Shown here one piece after another: positions 19,076 to 28,615 of a stretch of 40,801 nt of DNA. Within the stretch, counting starts at the first letter, position 1. Each line of letters begins with the position of its first letter. Source of the stretch: a virus (taxonomy: Duplodnaviria > Caudoviricetes); IMG/VR virus record IMGVR_UViG_3300022670_000329, positions 1 to 40,801 of that record. One strand, given 5' to 3'. Below the pieces are notes generated by a model. It searched no databases and was not told the origin of the DNA. It saw only the letters and a list, made by a program, of their open reading frames with translations. Position numbers and translations under genes: made by a program.

Positions 19076-20357
19076 ACTCAGGTATCTTGTGTTCGTCCCG
19101 ATCAAAACCTAAAAATTGTGCAAAGAGCGGTTCGGGATTACGTTCTATTGCAGCTAGTTGAAAATTCTGTAATAGTTCTTGTGAAGCCTGGAACTCAGCG
19201 GTTCCCGATTTAAAAGTAGCTAAATGATGGGCGTAATCAACTAGGAGTTCAGCTTCTCCGAAACTAATATCCACATCTGCACCGTCATTGGCCGGAATTG
19301 GCGCGTCGATTAGCCCATCTATATCTAGTGTACTGCCTCCTGTATCATCTGAAGGATGCAGACCAATTTGGGTCATTCCAACAGGGAACCATTCTACAGG
19401 AATAGAATCATCTTTCTGCCAGCCATCTTCTCCAAAGTCTAAAGACATAAGAGATTCTAAATTCAGAGGGGTTCCATTAAGTTCTACTCGCATGTGCATC
19501 TTACGAAGTAGCAAGATTTTTGCGAGAACTACTCCCTCTCGAAAACGATTTTCGGCGTATTTTGCGCGCATTGGATCATGTGCTTGCCCTTCCTTGGACA
19601 ACAAATCGGCCAATGCTCCCCACTTAATGTAAGGGGTAAAGTCATTTGGAATACCGAGAATTGTGCCATCCGGTGTACTTGGTAGTTGTGCCGCCAGATC
19701 TGTGTATAAAATATCCAAGGTTCCCGCAGCATCAGGCGCGGGTAAAATCTCTATAGTTTGTGTTGGGAGACTTTCTTCTACGTATGCTTCAGGAGTACCA
19801 GGAGTAGTAGTCCATGAAGGTAAGAAGTGATCGTATTGAAATAGGTCGGCTTCTATTAAGCCATGCGAAAACCCATCCGAATCAGCAACCCAGGCTACTC
19901 GATGTAGCTTCATATTACCAGTATCCAGAAGGGCGTTAAGATCATACCGCGACACACCAATAGTAGTGGCGAATGTCTTTCGCGTCACGACAAGTTTGGT
20001 TTCCATCATGAACTGAGCCAAGCGTGAGTTAAGCACACGCACCCATTCCTCAATAGTCCAAATATCTGTACTTAGGGATGCACCCTGGTTTGGAGTCTCC
20101 AGAGTATGAAACTGCATTTCATTGAGTATGTCTTGATCGGATACAGTTTGGGAAGTTAGTCCCGTATTGTAAAAGATGGTGCTTGCAGTAGTCGCAACGG
20201 CATTGGTGTCTCGCCATCGTCCTACCATCAAATTCCACACGCGTAGAGCTTCGATAAGGTAGAGTTCCATTTCCGAAGTTGTCCAGAATGAATTTGCTCC
20301 CACCCTGTCGTGGGCCATACTCTTGAGTAGTCCTAACGTGAATTGTGTGTATCCCAT
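19074..20357 (-). CDS. Head-tail adaptor / tail tubular protein A-like, internally duplicated
   Basis: FWTTSEMELYLIEA and IWTIEEWVRVLNS; IEILPAPD...IPNDF.PYIKWGALA. Confidence 0.65.
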   Translation of the reverse strand: MGYTQFTLGLLKSMAHDRVGANSFWTTSEMELYLIEALRVWNLMVGRWRDTNAVATTASTIFYNTGLTSQTVSDQDILNEMQFHTLETPNQGASLSTDIWTIEEWVRVLNSRLAQFMMETKLVVTRKTFATTIGVSRYDLNALLDTGNMKLHRVAWVADSDGFSHGLIEADLFQYDHFLPSWTTTPGTPEAYVEESLPTQTIEILPAPDAAGTLDILYTDLAAQLPSTPDGTILGIPNDFTPYIKWGALADLLSKEGQAHDPMRAKYAENRFREGVVLAKILLLRKMHMRVELNGTPLNLESLMSLDFGEDGWQKDDSIPVEWFPVGMTQIGLHPSDDTGGSTLDIDGLIDAPIPANDGADVDISFGEAELLVDYAHHLATFKSGTAEFQASQELLQNFQLAAIERNPEPLFAQFLGFDRDEHKIPE

Positions 20358-20400
20358 TGTTTATCATAACTCCCTATCTCGGAAAGATTCAACAACGGTA

Positions 20401-20649
20401 TTACGATTGCTCAGTAAATTGTAACTTATCAAGTTCTACTAGCAACGGAGTATTGTCAGAAATTCCCAATTCTTTACGAAAAGATTGAAGCACTGCTGCT
20501 TTCGCATTTTGCTGATACTGCAAGAATGGTTGTAGTTCCTCTTGCTGCTTCATTGCGAGTTCCCTAATCAATGCAGTTTGAGAATCAGTAAATACCCAAG
20601 TTCTAGGACTTTTCCGTTTCGGAGCCTTGTTTTTACTCTTTTTAGCCAT
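20401..20649 (-). CDS. Small coiled-coil protein (fibre chaperone candidate)
   Basis: GGAGG RBS, own promoter, helical Q-rich; follows fibre genes. Confidence 0.6.
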   Translation of the reverse strand: MAKKSKNKAPKRKSPRTWVFTDSQTALIRELAMKQQEELQPFLQYQQNAKAAVLQSFRKELGISDNTPLLVELDKLQFTEQS

Positions 20650-20667
20650 ATATTACCTCCCAACGCT

Positions 20668-20696
20668 AGTATATCACACTTAAACTGGCTTTGCAA
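20668..20696 (-). promoter_or_regulatory. Sigma70-type promoter TTGCAA-N17-TATACT with TG extension
   Basis: Exact spacing, upstream of GGAGG RBS. Confidence 0.65.
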
Positions 20697-21003
20697 GGCC
20701 ATGTTGTCGTGCTTTAGCTATCTTTCCGTTGATAATTCTATCTCGCCCCAATCTAAATTCTGGGACAACTGCCTGACAGTGCGTGAGACTTTGATTACGT
20801 AAGTCCTCAACCGCCGTACTAAAAATATCAGTGCCAAATATCCTCACTAATCTATCCTTAGTCCAGACTAGAACAGCAAATCGTTCAGTCAGTTCTGTGA
20901 TCTGGCGTTTTAATGCGGGAGTCAATGCACTTGTCGGCACTGAGAATGGCCGATGTTGCACTTCCACCCGCTTATTTCCAGATGAATATTCTAAGGTTTT
21001 CAT
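20680..21003 (-). CDS. Hypothetical protein
   Basis: TAATG-coupled ORF. Confidence 0.6.
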   Translation of the reverse strand: MKTLEYSSGNKRVEVQHRPFSVPTSALTPALKRQITELTERFAVLVWTKDRLVRIFGTDIFSTAVEDLRNQSLTHCQAVVPEFRLGRDRIINGKIAKARQHGLAKPV

Positions 21004-21224
21004 TAAATTCCTAAAGCTACTTCGACTGTTCCTGGTGCAGCATCTTCGGCCACGATTCGTGTCGGTCCAACGATGAAGTAAATTCTACCACCGGACGTAT
21101 CATAAAACGTTTCGGCCGCGTAAGATTGCTGTAACTCCCAAAAAGTTTGTCGGGAGACAACAGCCACATACGGCCACTCAGTTGCTTTCAAAGCCTCAAT
21201 TAATTCGTGTTGAGTAACGGGCAT
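21003..21224 (-). CDS. Hypothetical protein
   Basis: TAATG-coupled ORF. Confidence 0.6.
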   Translation of the reverse strand: MPVTQHELIEALKATEWPYVAVVSRQTFWELQQSYAAETFYDTSGGRIYFIVGPTRIVAEDAAPGTVEVALGI

Positions 21225-22687
21225 TATTGTAACAATCCGTAAGCTTGTAGGTCAGCGATTAGAGCCGCTAACACAGAGTTGTTGTTTGCAATAGAAGCCG
21301 AGGCATTTGCCGCCAGTGTCCGAGATTCAACAATAGTTGCGGTTCGAGTGTACGCCGCAGCTTGTACGGCTGGCGTTCCACCGAAGAAGCTGATACCGTT
21401 ACCGTCAGCCTCAAATCGATTTTGACCGCCGAGAACAATAGTGATGTTGCCGCCCAGACCACCAATTCCAGTCGTGAGATTGTCTCGGTTAGGAATAAGA
21501 GTCGGATTGGTTTCGGTTGACGCTTCGTTTAGCAACGCATACGCACCGGAAAGAACCCCGCGAACAGTCCCAGTGAATACCGCCAAATTGGTGCTGATAT
21601 CTAGCTGAGTTGTATTACCGATTTGGAGAAGAAGATTCTCTCCAGGGGCAGTGTTCAGAACAGTGGCATCGTTGAAGTCCACCCTTAGAGTCTCAATATC
21701 GCTGTTGTTGCCGTTGTTTCTCCACACGATCCATCGTTGGTTTGAAACTCCAAGCCCCCCAGTAGCGGGTGGCGCGGGACCAGTAAAAATACCACCAGGG
21801 ATAGTTATGTCTCCAGCATTGCTGACGAGCATAACAGGGTCGGTGTCACTTTGGCGAATCTCGAAAATGTTTGCGGTTTGAGTAGAGAAACCTCGAATCT
21901 CCATTTGAACTTCATCAGCACTAGGGATAACCCGCATATTACCGGCCAATTGGAAGAATGGTGTAGTGATAGTTACCCCGCCCGGTGTCATATTCAGAAC
22001 CGTTGCGCCTTCAACGATACCTACGAGGCTGGAGTCACCTTCATTATCTGCACCCCCGAAACCAGTCGTAAGATCACCACGTCGAGGAATCAGAGTTGGG
22101 TTGGTTCCGGAAGCCGCTTCGTTTAGCAGTGCATATCCAGATCCGGTGATTGCGAGAATGGTGTTAGAGTTAATGACAGAGGTAGTCGTATCAACGCCAA
22201 AAACGAGAGTAGACGTGCCATCAGAGACACGAAACGCCGAAGGAGAAGACCCTGTAATGGCAAATCTACCCGCAGGAATTGAGACTTCTGGACTGCGAAG
22301 GCGGATATGTGCGAGAGCGGTTGGGGCACTAGGATCACCAATGTCAAAAATATCGGAAGTAGCAAAAGAAAGTATAGGAATGTCAGCGTTGTTCGCAGCA
22401 TTTCGAAAGACAATCGAACTAGCATTTGCAAGTCGAATTGTTCCCGATTGAGCAGGACTTGTCGCCAAAGACAAAAAAGAACTATTCCCAAGAAAAATTG
22501 CCGAAGGAAAATCGATAACCGGACCCGACACGAAAGAAATGCGCGGCATACTCGCATGACCAATAAGCAAGTTTGCAGATCCGTCAGATGAGAGAGCGGT
22601 AAAATCAGCGTTATCGTTTTGATTCCGCATGAGGTATGAAGCCGCATTGGGAATCCGAATGTTACCAGTTACTTGAAAATCAGCCAT
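21224..22687 (-). CDS. Fibre protein with repeated modules
   Basis: PAQSGTIRL...RNAANNADI repeats; YALLNEA...NPTLIP twice; C-terminal LAALIADLQAYGLLQ trimerisation-like end. Confidence 0.75.
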   Translation of the reverse strand: MADFQVTGNIRIPNAASYLMRNQNDNADFTALSSDGSANLLIGHASMPRISFVSGPVIDFPSAIFLGNSSFLSLATSPAQSGTIRLANASSIVFRNAANNADIPILSFATSDIFDIGDPSAPTALAHIRLRSPEVSIPAGRFAITGSSPSAFRVSDGTSTLVFGVDTTTSVINSNTILAITGSGYALLNEAASGTNPTLIPRRGDLTTGFGGADNEGDSSLVGIVEGATVLNMTPGGVTITTPFFQLAGNMRVIPSADEVQMEIRGFSTQTANIFEIRQSDTDPVMLVSNAGDITIPGGIFTGPAPPATGGLGVSNQRWIVWRNNGNNSDIETLRVDFNDATVLNTAPGENLLLQIGNTTQLDISTNLAVFTGTVRGVLSGAYALLNEASTETNPTLIPNRDNLTTGIGGLGGNITIVLGGQNRFEADGNGISFFGGTPAVQAAAYTRTATIVESRTLAANASASIANNNSVLAALIADLQAYGLLQ

Positions 22688-22696
22688 ATTTTATCC

Positions 22697-23635
22697 TTAT
22701 GAAATCGGTCCAGTCAACGTGATATAGTGAACTTTGACTCGAATTTGTCCTCCGGTAAAGTTTACGCCGTCAGAAGTAATAACTACGTCATTAGCAACCG
22801 GGAAAATTTCAATCGCACTTGAAACGAAGTCGCTAGAATTAGAAACCGTACCATTAACGGTAGAGATTGAATTACCCCAACGATCTGTATTCACACCATC
22901 TCCAACATCATATCCCGCAGGACCAGCTGCGTTAATGTTGCGGGTTGTAACTCCAAGAACAATCGCTCCAGCCGGGATGAGTCCAACAGCTGTCGCAGTC
23001 GCGCCAGATGGCGTAAGGACAACAGCCGTAGCAAATTGAGTGGTTGTGGCCGCACTTCCTTGAACCTGCGTATCACCTCGAACAATGAGTGTATCTTGGA
23101 CAGTAACTTCCAAAAGGCTAGTATTAGCTTGGAGGACAGCCTGACTAGAAGCCGAAACAACAATCAGGGCTTCCGAAGCGGTTTTGGTAAGTGCCAGTTG
23201 TCCACCTTGGAGAGTAACAAAAGGTGTATTGATAACGACCTGCAAAAGTCCGCCGCCTTCACCGATTTGAAATACATCTGAATCAGAGAAACCAAAAACA
23301 TTAATATTACCATCATCATTGAAGTTGCGCCAAGAGATTGAATCTGCATTAGATAATCTAAGCGTACCCGATTGGGCAGGAGTCGAACCCAAAGACAATG
23401 GAGCGGTTGGGAGACTGACTCCTAAAATTCCTGCACTAGTGCCGAGAATAAGAATATCATTATCATCAACTTCAAGAGCCGTAAGGTTTGCATCATCAGC
23501 AACATTTCGCCATCGAATAGTTCCTTGATTGGGAAGTTTAATTTCGTCGCCAGTAAACTCAAAAGTACCAAGATCGCCTTCAACAACCATGTTGCCAATG
23601 ACTCTTGTATTACTAGGTATTACAAATTCTGCCAT
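22697..23635 (-). CDS. Fibre/spike protein
   Basis: PAQSGTLRL repeat; C-terminal IPAGAIVLGVTTR...FTGGQIRVKVHY jelly-roll-like domain. Confidence 0.75.
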   Translation of the reverse strand: MAEFVIPSNTRVIGNMVVEGDLGTFEFTGDEIKLPNQGTIRWRNVADDANLTALEVDDNDILILGTSAGILGVSLPTAPLSLGSTPAQSGTLRLSNADSISWRNFNDDGNINVFGFSDSDVFQIGEGGGLLQVVINTPFVTLQGGQLALTKTASEALIVVSASSQAVLQANTSLLEVTVQDTLIVRGDTQVQGSAATTTQFATAVVLTPSGATATAVGLIPAGAIVLGVTTRNINAAGPAGYDVGDGVNTDRWGNSISTVNGTVSNSSDFVSSAIEIFPVANDVVITSDGVNFTGGQIRVKVHYITLTGPIS

Positions 23636-23645
23636 AGTTTATTCC

Positions 23646-24902
23646 TTAATTTCCCGGTGCTGTAAGCGTTCTGTAGTGAACAATAATTCTAATCTCTCCA
23701 CCAGTAAAGTCCACACCGTCTGATGTGATAACCACATCGTTTGCTGTGGGAAAATTACGAAGGCTTGAAGAAGTATAATCCGTAATATCTGAGGTTGTGC
23801 CCAAAGCAACAGCAATTGAACTACCCCAGAAATCCACATCTACACCATCACCCACATCGTATCCCGTAGGTCCAGTGACCGTTGTAATGACACGAGTTGT
23901 GATTCCGATTACGAATGAGCCAGCAGGGATAAGAGCCGCTGCCGTGACAGAACTGCCAGCAGAAGTGAGGACCGTGGTAGTCGCAAACTTGTCTTCTGTT
24001 TCAGCCCCATTAGGCCCAGTAAACTTGATTTCCCTATCAGTCGAATTAACTTCAAAAACAACGCTGCCAGCCGCCTGTCTGATCTGTAGAGCCGCGTCAC
24101 TATCGCCCCGGATGAGAAGGTTTCCAGCAGGAATGAGAATTTGTGTGCAATTAAGTCTAAGTTCTTCGAGTTCGCCGGGATTACTGTTGTCACCAATGTC
24201 AAGAATGTCGGAACCAGCAAAAGAGATAATGGGAATGTCAACCGTGTCTTCCGAGTCTCGGAAAATGATTGAGTCAGAGTTTTGAAGTCGAATGGTACCT
24301 GTCAGAGCAGGAGTGGTACCGAAAGCAAGAGAAGCACCACCACGTACGAAGACAAGACTATTAGTTGTATCAACTAGAAATTTGGTACTACCGGCTGCAT
24401 TTCTAACGTCCAATGCTTCTTGGCTAGTAAATTGAATTTTAAGAACGTCATCCAAGTTAATACGCGTAGGAATACGAAACCCGTCCATATTCACATCACC
24501 AAGTTGCCATTCATCCGAGTCCAAAGAATCGAATAGGACAATATCGCCTGAATCACCAGCGTTTCTTGAGATAATGGTGTCTGTGTAGGAAAGTCGAAGT
24601 GTACCTGATAAAGCGGGAGTGGAACCGAAACGAATATCGCCGGTTGCCATAATGAGAGAGGAAGAAATAGTTACAAGGCCATTAATAGTATCGACAGCGA
24701 ATACATCACCGCCATCACCATCTGCCCTAACAAGAAGTGCCTCAACATTATCTGTGTCAATAATAAGTTGACCTTGGAGGTCCATATCCCCCAAGACTGT
24801 GTGATCTACTTCAATAGTAGCTGATCCTTGAACGGTGAGATCGCCTGTAACTACAAGATCTCCAACGACAAGGTGTTGGTTAATACCAAGTATGATTGCC
24901 AT
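23646..24902 (-). CDS. Fibre/spike protein, paralog of 22697-23635
   Basis: Two TPAL[ST]GT[LI]RL repeats; C-terminal IPAGSFVIGITTR...FTGGEIRIIVHY. Confidence 0.75.
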   Translation of the reverse strand: MAIILGINQHLVVGDLVVTGDLTVQGSATIEVDHTVLGDMDLQGQLIIDTDNVEALLVRADGDGGDVFAVDTINGLVTISSSLIMATGDIRFGSTPALSGTLRLSYTDTIISRNAGDSGDIVLFDSLDSDEWQLGDVNMDGFRIPTRINLDDVLKIQFTSQEALDVRNAAGSTKFLVDTTNSLVFVRGGASLAFGTTPALTGTIRLQNSDSIIFRDSEDTVDIPIISFAGSDILDIGDNSNPGELEELRLNCTQILIPAGNLLIRGDSDAALQIRQAAGSVVFEVNSTDREIKFTGPNGAETEDKFATTTVLTSAGSSVTAAALIPAGSFVIGITTRVITTVTGPTGYDVGDGVDVDFWGSSIAVALGTTSDITDYTSSSLRNFPTANDVVITSDGVDFTGGEIRIIVHYRTLTAPGN

Positions 24903-24913
24903 TCAACTACTCC

Positions 24914-25210
24914 TTATTTTCTAGCAAAAAATTCAACGCCTTCGCCATCAACTTCTGCTTTTAGAATAACGCAATTAAGATCAATAGTATCCATTGACCA
25001 TTCCGCAGCAAGACTAACGGGCTGACCTGGATTAAGCGGTATACCTTTAGTATCACCTGTGGTACCCACCAATCTAATTACATCTGTGTTGGTATCTTTG
25101 CCGATAATGAGAACGTCATTAACTTCATTTCTTGAAGAAACCAAAGGTTCTGGCGTTATAGCCAAAGCTACATCTTTTTCTCCAGAAACAAATTCCGTAC
25201 CTACAGCCAT
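24914..25210 (-). CDS. Small beta-rich structural protein
   Basis: AAGGAG RBS; GIPLNPGQPVSL...DLNCVIL; lies in virion module. Confidence 0.6.
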   Translation of the reverse strand: MAVGTEFVSGEKDVALAITPEPLVSSRNEVNDVLIIGKDTNTDVIRLVGTTGDTKGIPLNPGQPVSLAAEWSMDTIDLNCVILKAEVDGEGVEFFARK

Positions 25211-25239
25211 GATTACTCCTTATTTAATATTAAATTCAT

Positions 25240-25506
25240 TTATACTCTACGTACTGGCACTGTTTTCATGCCAAGTTCTTTTGCTGCGATAAGACGATGA
25301 TTGCCTTCAATTAAATATGCATCTACGCCTTTACGCTTAATTCGTGGTCCCTTACATTCCAACAACAGAGGTTCTTTAATACCTTCTTTGCTGATAGACT
25401 CTTTAAGAGCCTCAATAGTAACTCGATCTCGCTCACTCATCTTTTGAGTTGCGTATTGCTCCACATAAGAAATGAGCATTTCTTCTATAGGACCAGTATG
25501 TGCCAC
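25240..25506 (-). CDS. Stand-alone ParB/Sulfiredoxin N-terminal domain protein
   Basis: LKESISKEGIKEPLL...LIEGNHRLIAAKELGMKTVPV; GTG start. Confidence 0.85.
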   Translation of the reverse strand: MAHTGPIEEMLISYVEQYATQKMSERDRVTIEALKESISKEGIKEPLLLECKGPRIKRKGVDAYLIEGNHRLIAAKELGMKTVPVRRV

Positions 25507-25510
25507 AGGT

Positions 25511-25528
25511 TAAATTCCCCCGTAAGCC
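25511..25528 (-). repeat. 18-bp dispersed motif copy 5 (GGCTTACGGGGGAATTTA)
   Basis: 4 nt before GTG 25506; fills nearly the whole intergenic gap. Confidence 0.85.
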
Positions 25529-25767
25529 TAGAAACCTCTAGTTTTCTTGAGTTCGCGTTCTTTACGTTCTGATTCCAAAGCAATAGCAATTTTGCCAACA
25601 GGGGCACCTTGCTCTGTTAGTGTTTTAGAACTTATCGCCCTAACTACTTCAGTTGCCGGTGTACCAGTTACAGGCAAAGGTGCCTGTCTGCCTTGTGCAG
25701 CCCTTAAAGCGGCAGTACGTTCTTCTACGTTTTTTACAACCGCTGCGGGTCTAAATAACTGAACCAT
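25528..25767 (-). CDS. Hypothetical small protein
   Basis: TAATG-coupled. Confidence 0.6.
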   Translation of the reverse strand: MVQLFRPAAVVKNVEERTAALRAAQGRQAPLPVTGTPATEVVRAISSKTLTEQGAPVGKIAIALESERKERELKKTRGF

Positions 25768-26015
25768 TAGGATTGCCGTGTACTATGAGTGGGAGCAACC
25801 TGACCATCAAAGGTATTAGGTACTTTCCCGCCAGTAGTTGCAACACTTCTGCGTCCAGCGTGACCAGCATCACCACCAGGGGCGGTATTGGGAGATGGCG
25901 TACGCCCTGGATATCCAGGTTCACCATCAACTCTGGCAACGTTATCACCAGTACCATGTTGTACTGGAGCTAGACCATCGTCAAACGGAGAGTCAATAAC
26001 AGTTTTATGGGACAT
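25767..26015 (-). CDS. Small disordered protein (DSPFD motif)
   Basis: TAATG-coupled, G/P/T rich. Confidence 0.6.
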   Translation of the reverse strand: MSHKTVIDSPFDDGLAPVQHGTGDNVARVDGEPGYPGRTPSPNTAPGGDAGHAGRRSVATTGGKVPNTFDGQVAPTHSTRQS

Positions 26016-26233
26016 TATACTTTTTCCTCTCTTGTGGCATGACCCGCATTGTGGTCAAACCCTTGTTTAGTTATAAACAATTCTACGCCTTCCGCACGAC
26101 TTGGTGTAGCCGTTGCTTGTGGAAGATCCTCATTGATGGGACCACTTCTGGGGGCCGAGGATTTTCCTCTACCGTGATCTTCTGTCACAGCATAGCCATC
26201 AAACGGACTATTTAAACCTTTTAAATCGGGCAT
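26015..26233 (-). CDS. Small disordered protein (NSPFD motif)
   Basis: AAGGAG RBS. Confidence 0.65.
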   Translation of the reverse strand: MPDLKGLNSPFDGYAVTEDHGRGKSSAPRSGPINEDLPQATATPSRAEGVELFITKQGFDHNAGHATREEKV

Positions 26234-26242
26234 AAATTCTCC

Positions 26243-27166
26243 TTAAAAATGACCGTGGTGCCCATGCACCGTAAACGGTCCTGAACGAACAGACTCAGAT
26301 GTGATTAACGTCATTGGAATGTCTGTCCAAACTTCTGTGGCGTAAATTTCGCCATCTTCTATCGCTAACTTTTGAAGCAAATCTTCAAATGTAGCACGTT
26401 TTTTTGCAGCTAAACGAATAGAAAACATTGGATTTGGTTTATCTCTTGTCCCAGGCCAATCAGCCATTTCGGACAAGGCGTACAATTTAATCAACCGATC
26501 AGGAATTGTAAATGGTAATTCCTGTAATGTTGAAAAATCTTCGCTAATTGACCAGTACAAAAGGCGAAAACCTTTCGCTGCCTTCTGATGGGGCCAAAGT
26601 TCATACATTGGCAAAGGAGTCGTATCAGGGCTGTATCGTAAGTCTGCTAAGGCCAGAGCGTCACCCGTTCTTTGCCGTTGTGGATCAAGCCAATCTAGTC
26701 TGGACTGATCCATGTTTGTATGTAACCTTGCTGGACGGTTCGCATCAATAACTGAAACGAATCCGTAAAAATCAGAAGGTACGGTCACATAACCAGTAAA
26801 GATAGAATAACCTTTGCCAGCTTCAGTAGGATCAGGATATGTCCTATCAATAGTTATTTCGGTAACAGATGTAAAGGTAGCGACAGTGAAGACGTGATTG
26901 CCAATTTTGATTTGTTGTCCAACGTGAGCATCTAGGAAAGTTGTTCCTGCGCCTATGATAGTCGTGGAGTCTTTGGTAGCCGTAATAGTACCATCAGTTA
27001 CTTGGTCGATGGTAGTGAACTGACTTTCTTTGACAGCCCAACTCCATAATTTTGAATCGCGTACTTCTTGGAAACCGTCTTTTACCCAACTCTGTATGAG
27101 CCGAACCGGAACTTCAGGGTTGTAAAAAACAAGTTCCTTCCAAATACTATCGAAGGTACTTGCCAT
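26243..27166 (-). CDS. Head-tail adaptor-like protein with inserted beta domain
   Basis: LWSWAVKE, GTITATKDSTTIIGAGTTF insert, VPSDFYGF, YELWPHQ; position after capsid genes. Confidence 0.65.
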   Translation of the reverse strand: MASTFDSIWKELVFYNPEVPVRLIQSWVKDGFQEVRDSKLWSWAVKESQFTTIDQVTDGTITATKDSTTIIGAGTTFLDAHVGQQIKIGNHVFTVATFTSVTEITIDRTYPDPTEAGKGYSIFTGYVTVPSDFYGFVSVIDANRPARLHTNMDQSRLDWLDPQRQRTGDALALADLRYSPDTTPLPMYELWPHQKAAKGFRLLYWSISEDFSTLQELPFTIPDRLIKLYALSEMADWPGTRDKPNPMFSIRLAAKKRATFEDLLQKLAIEDGEIYATEVWTDIPMTLITSESVRSGPFTVHGHHGHF

Positions 27167-27176
27167 TTTCTACCTC

Positions 27177-27482
27177 TTATCGTCCGATGATTTCCACTTC
27201 AACTACTACGTTTGACAAATCTTCAGCGTTATCAACTTCAACTTGAGCAGCATCACTGCCATCAGGTTGATAAACAACCACAGTCTCAGCCACGCTATCG
27301 TAATGGAAGGTATAACCATCTTCGCCTTGATTGAAATTGACGTGAAGAATCTCGCCAAGTCCTACATCAGAGGCCAGTAATGCTTCCCCGCCAGTTACGT
27401 AAGACGCATCAAAAGTCAGAGTTACCAAAACCCTACGAACATTCGCCAAAAGCGGAGTTTCTTGTGTAAATGAAAGAGCCAT
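27177..27482 (-). CDS. Capsid decoration/cement protein
   Basis: FDASYVTGGEAL...EVDNAEDLS motif; directly after major capsid gene. Confidence 0.65.
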   Translation of the reverse strand: MALSFTQETPLLANVRRVLVTLTFDASYVTGGEALLASDVGLGEILHVNFNQGEDGYTFHYDSVAETVVVYQPDGSDAAQVEVDNAEDLSNVVVEVEIIGR

Positions 27483-27498
27483 TTTTATCTCCTATAAA

Positions 27499-27528
27499 GA
27501 CAAGGGCAGAGTAAATTCCGCCCTTGCC
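27499..27528 (-). terminator. Intrinsic terminator/stabilising hairpin after major capsid gene
   Basis: GGCAAGGGCGGA-ATTTAC-TCTGCCCTTGTC followed by TTTAT. Confidence 0.75.
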
Positions 27529-27541
27529 TAGATTTTTGGGA

Positions 27542-28594
27542 TTATCCAGTGATTCGGTTCAACTGTCCCTGGAATCGGGGTTGTACGCAAGTGATGTTAC
27601 CGGCGAAGAACATCTGTCCAGCCAGCAAGTTGTCGTCACGTTCGCCCTTAAAGCCAGAGAAACCAAACGCAAACTCAGGATCAGCAGTAATCCATAAGCG
27701 CCAATGTTTGGTGTTCAACCACCATAACACTTCGCCTTCGCCAGAGTCAAGCAAGTTCTCACCGAACCCGTTTTCACCAGGGGCGTACTGCGAAACCATG
27801 ATTCGCGCTGCGTTGAACTCAAGTCCAGTAAAGCCAATCGTGGGATCGACAGAACTAAACCTCTGTTGGGGCTGAAACTTCTGCTTAATAAAAGCAATAC
27901 CCTTATTGGTGGTCACACCAAGATCGGGCTGTTCGGCACCAACAACAGTTTCCTGATAAGTTTCCTCTAGCGTTTTATAACTAATGGAACCGGAAACGTC
28001 AGTGACGTTACCATCAAGAGCGTTGTTCACGTCAGCACGTAGGATAGTACCGTATGAGTCAAAGGTCTGACCATCAGAGTCAGAAGCCAACTCATAACTA
28101 TCCGTTACGTTGTCGTTTATAATTTCAGCAAGGCCATTAAGTCTCAAAGACCTATCGGTTCCATCACCACCGGACAAATCGATACCGTAACCGTAAAGGT
28201 CAACAGCAAGATCTTCCGACAGCTTCAGGGCCGCATTGACCATGTGCAAGTCGATAATTCGGAAAGCCGCTTCCGGTCCGACATTGATAACCTGAATTTC
28301 CTCTTTCACGACAGAAACGTTGCTGTAATAGTGCTTCACGTCATGCGTGGTCCTATTAGCAATGTCTTTCTTCGTGATGGTAAACGTATTGGACGTATTG
28401 TTACGATCATACGGTCCACCATTCTCACGGTCATACATGAACATCTCATCGAAGGTTTTTCCGCCAGGGAATACCATCGGCTGATTTGCTTTCATGAACG
28501 CTAAGAGAGGATCATTCAAAAAGATACCATCTGCCACACCAGGAGCAATAAATTCCTGTGTAAGTGCATTGATTTCAGATAATGAAAGAGCCAT
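27542..28594 (-). CDS. Major capsid protein
   Basis: 350 aa after scaffold; NDPLLAFMK..FPGG, LAVDLYGYG, LNGLAEII, WWLNTKHW, GNITCVQPRFQGQL; followed by hairpin. Confidence 0.85.
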   Translation of the reverse strand: MALSLSEINALTQEFIAPGVADGIFLNDPLLAFMKANQPMVFPGGKTFDEMFMYDRENGGPYDRNNTSNTFTITKKDIANRTTHDVKHYYSNVSVVKEEIQVINVGPEAAFRIIDLHMVNAALKLSEDLAVDLYGYGIDLSGGDGTDRSLRLNGLAEIINDNVTDSYELASDSDGQTFDSYGTILRADVNNALDGNVTDVSGSISYKTLEETYQETVVGAEQPDLGVTTNKGIAFIKQKFQPQQRFSSVDPTIGFTGLEFNAARIMVSQYAPGENGFGENLLDSGEGEVLWWLNTKHWRLWITADPEFAFGFSGFKGERDDNLLAGQMFFAGNITCVQPRFQGQLNRITG

Positions 28595-28615
28595 TTTAAT
28601 CTCCTAAATTGAATT

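Noticed and set aside
4589-24285. Numerous + strand ORFs of 60-205 aa in the ORF track
   Set aside because: Antisense shadows of long minus-strand structural genes; no RBS or recognisable motifs
21224-24902. Diversity-generating retroelement (template/variable repeat pair) in the fibre C-termini
   Set aside because: Paralogous segments differ at all base types and by indels, both are coding, and no reverse transcriptase is in the window
27512-27529. Seventh copy of the 18-bp motif (GGCAAGGGCGGAATTTA)
   Set aside because: Core is broken and the sequence is explained as an arm of the capsid terminator hairpin
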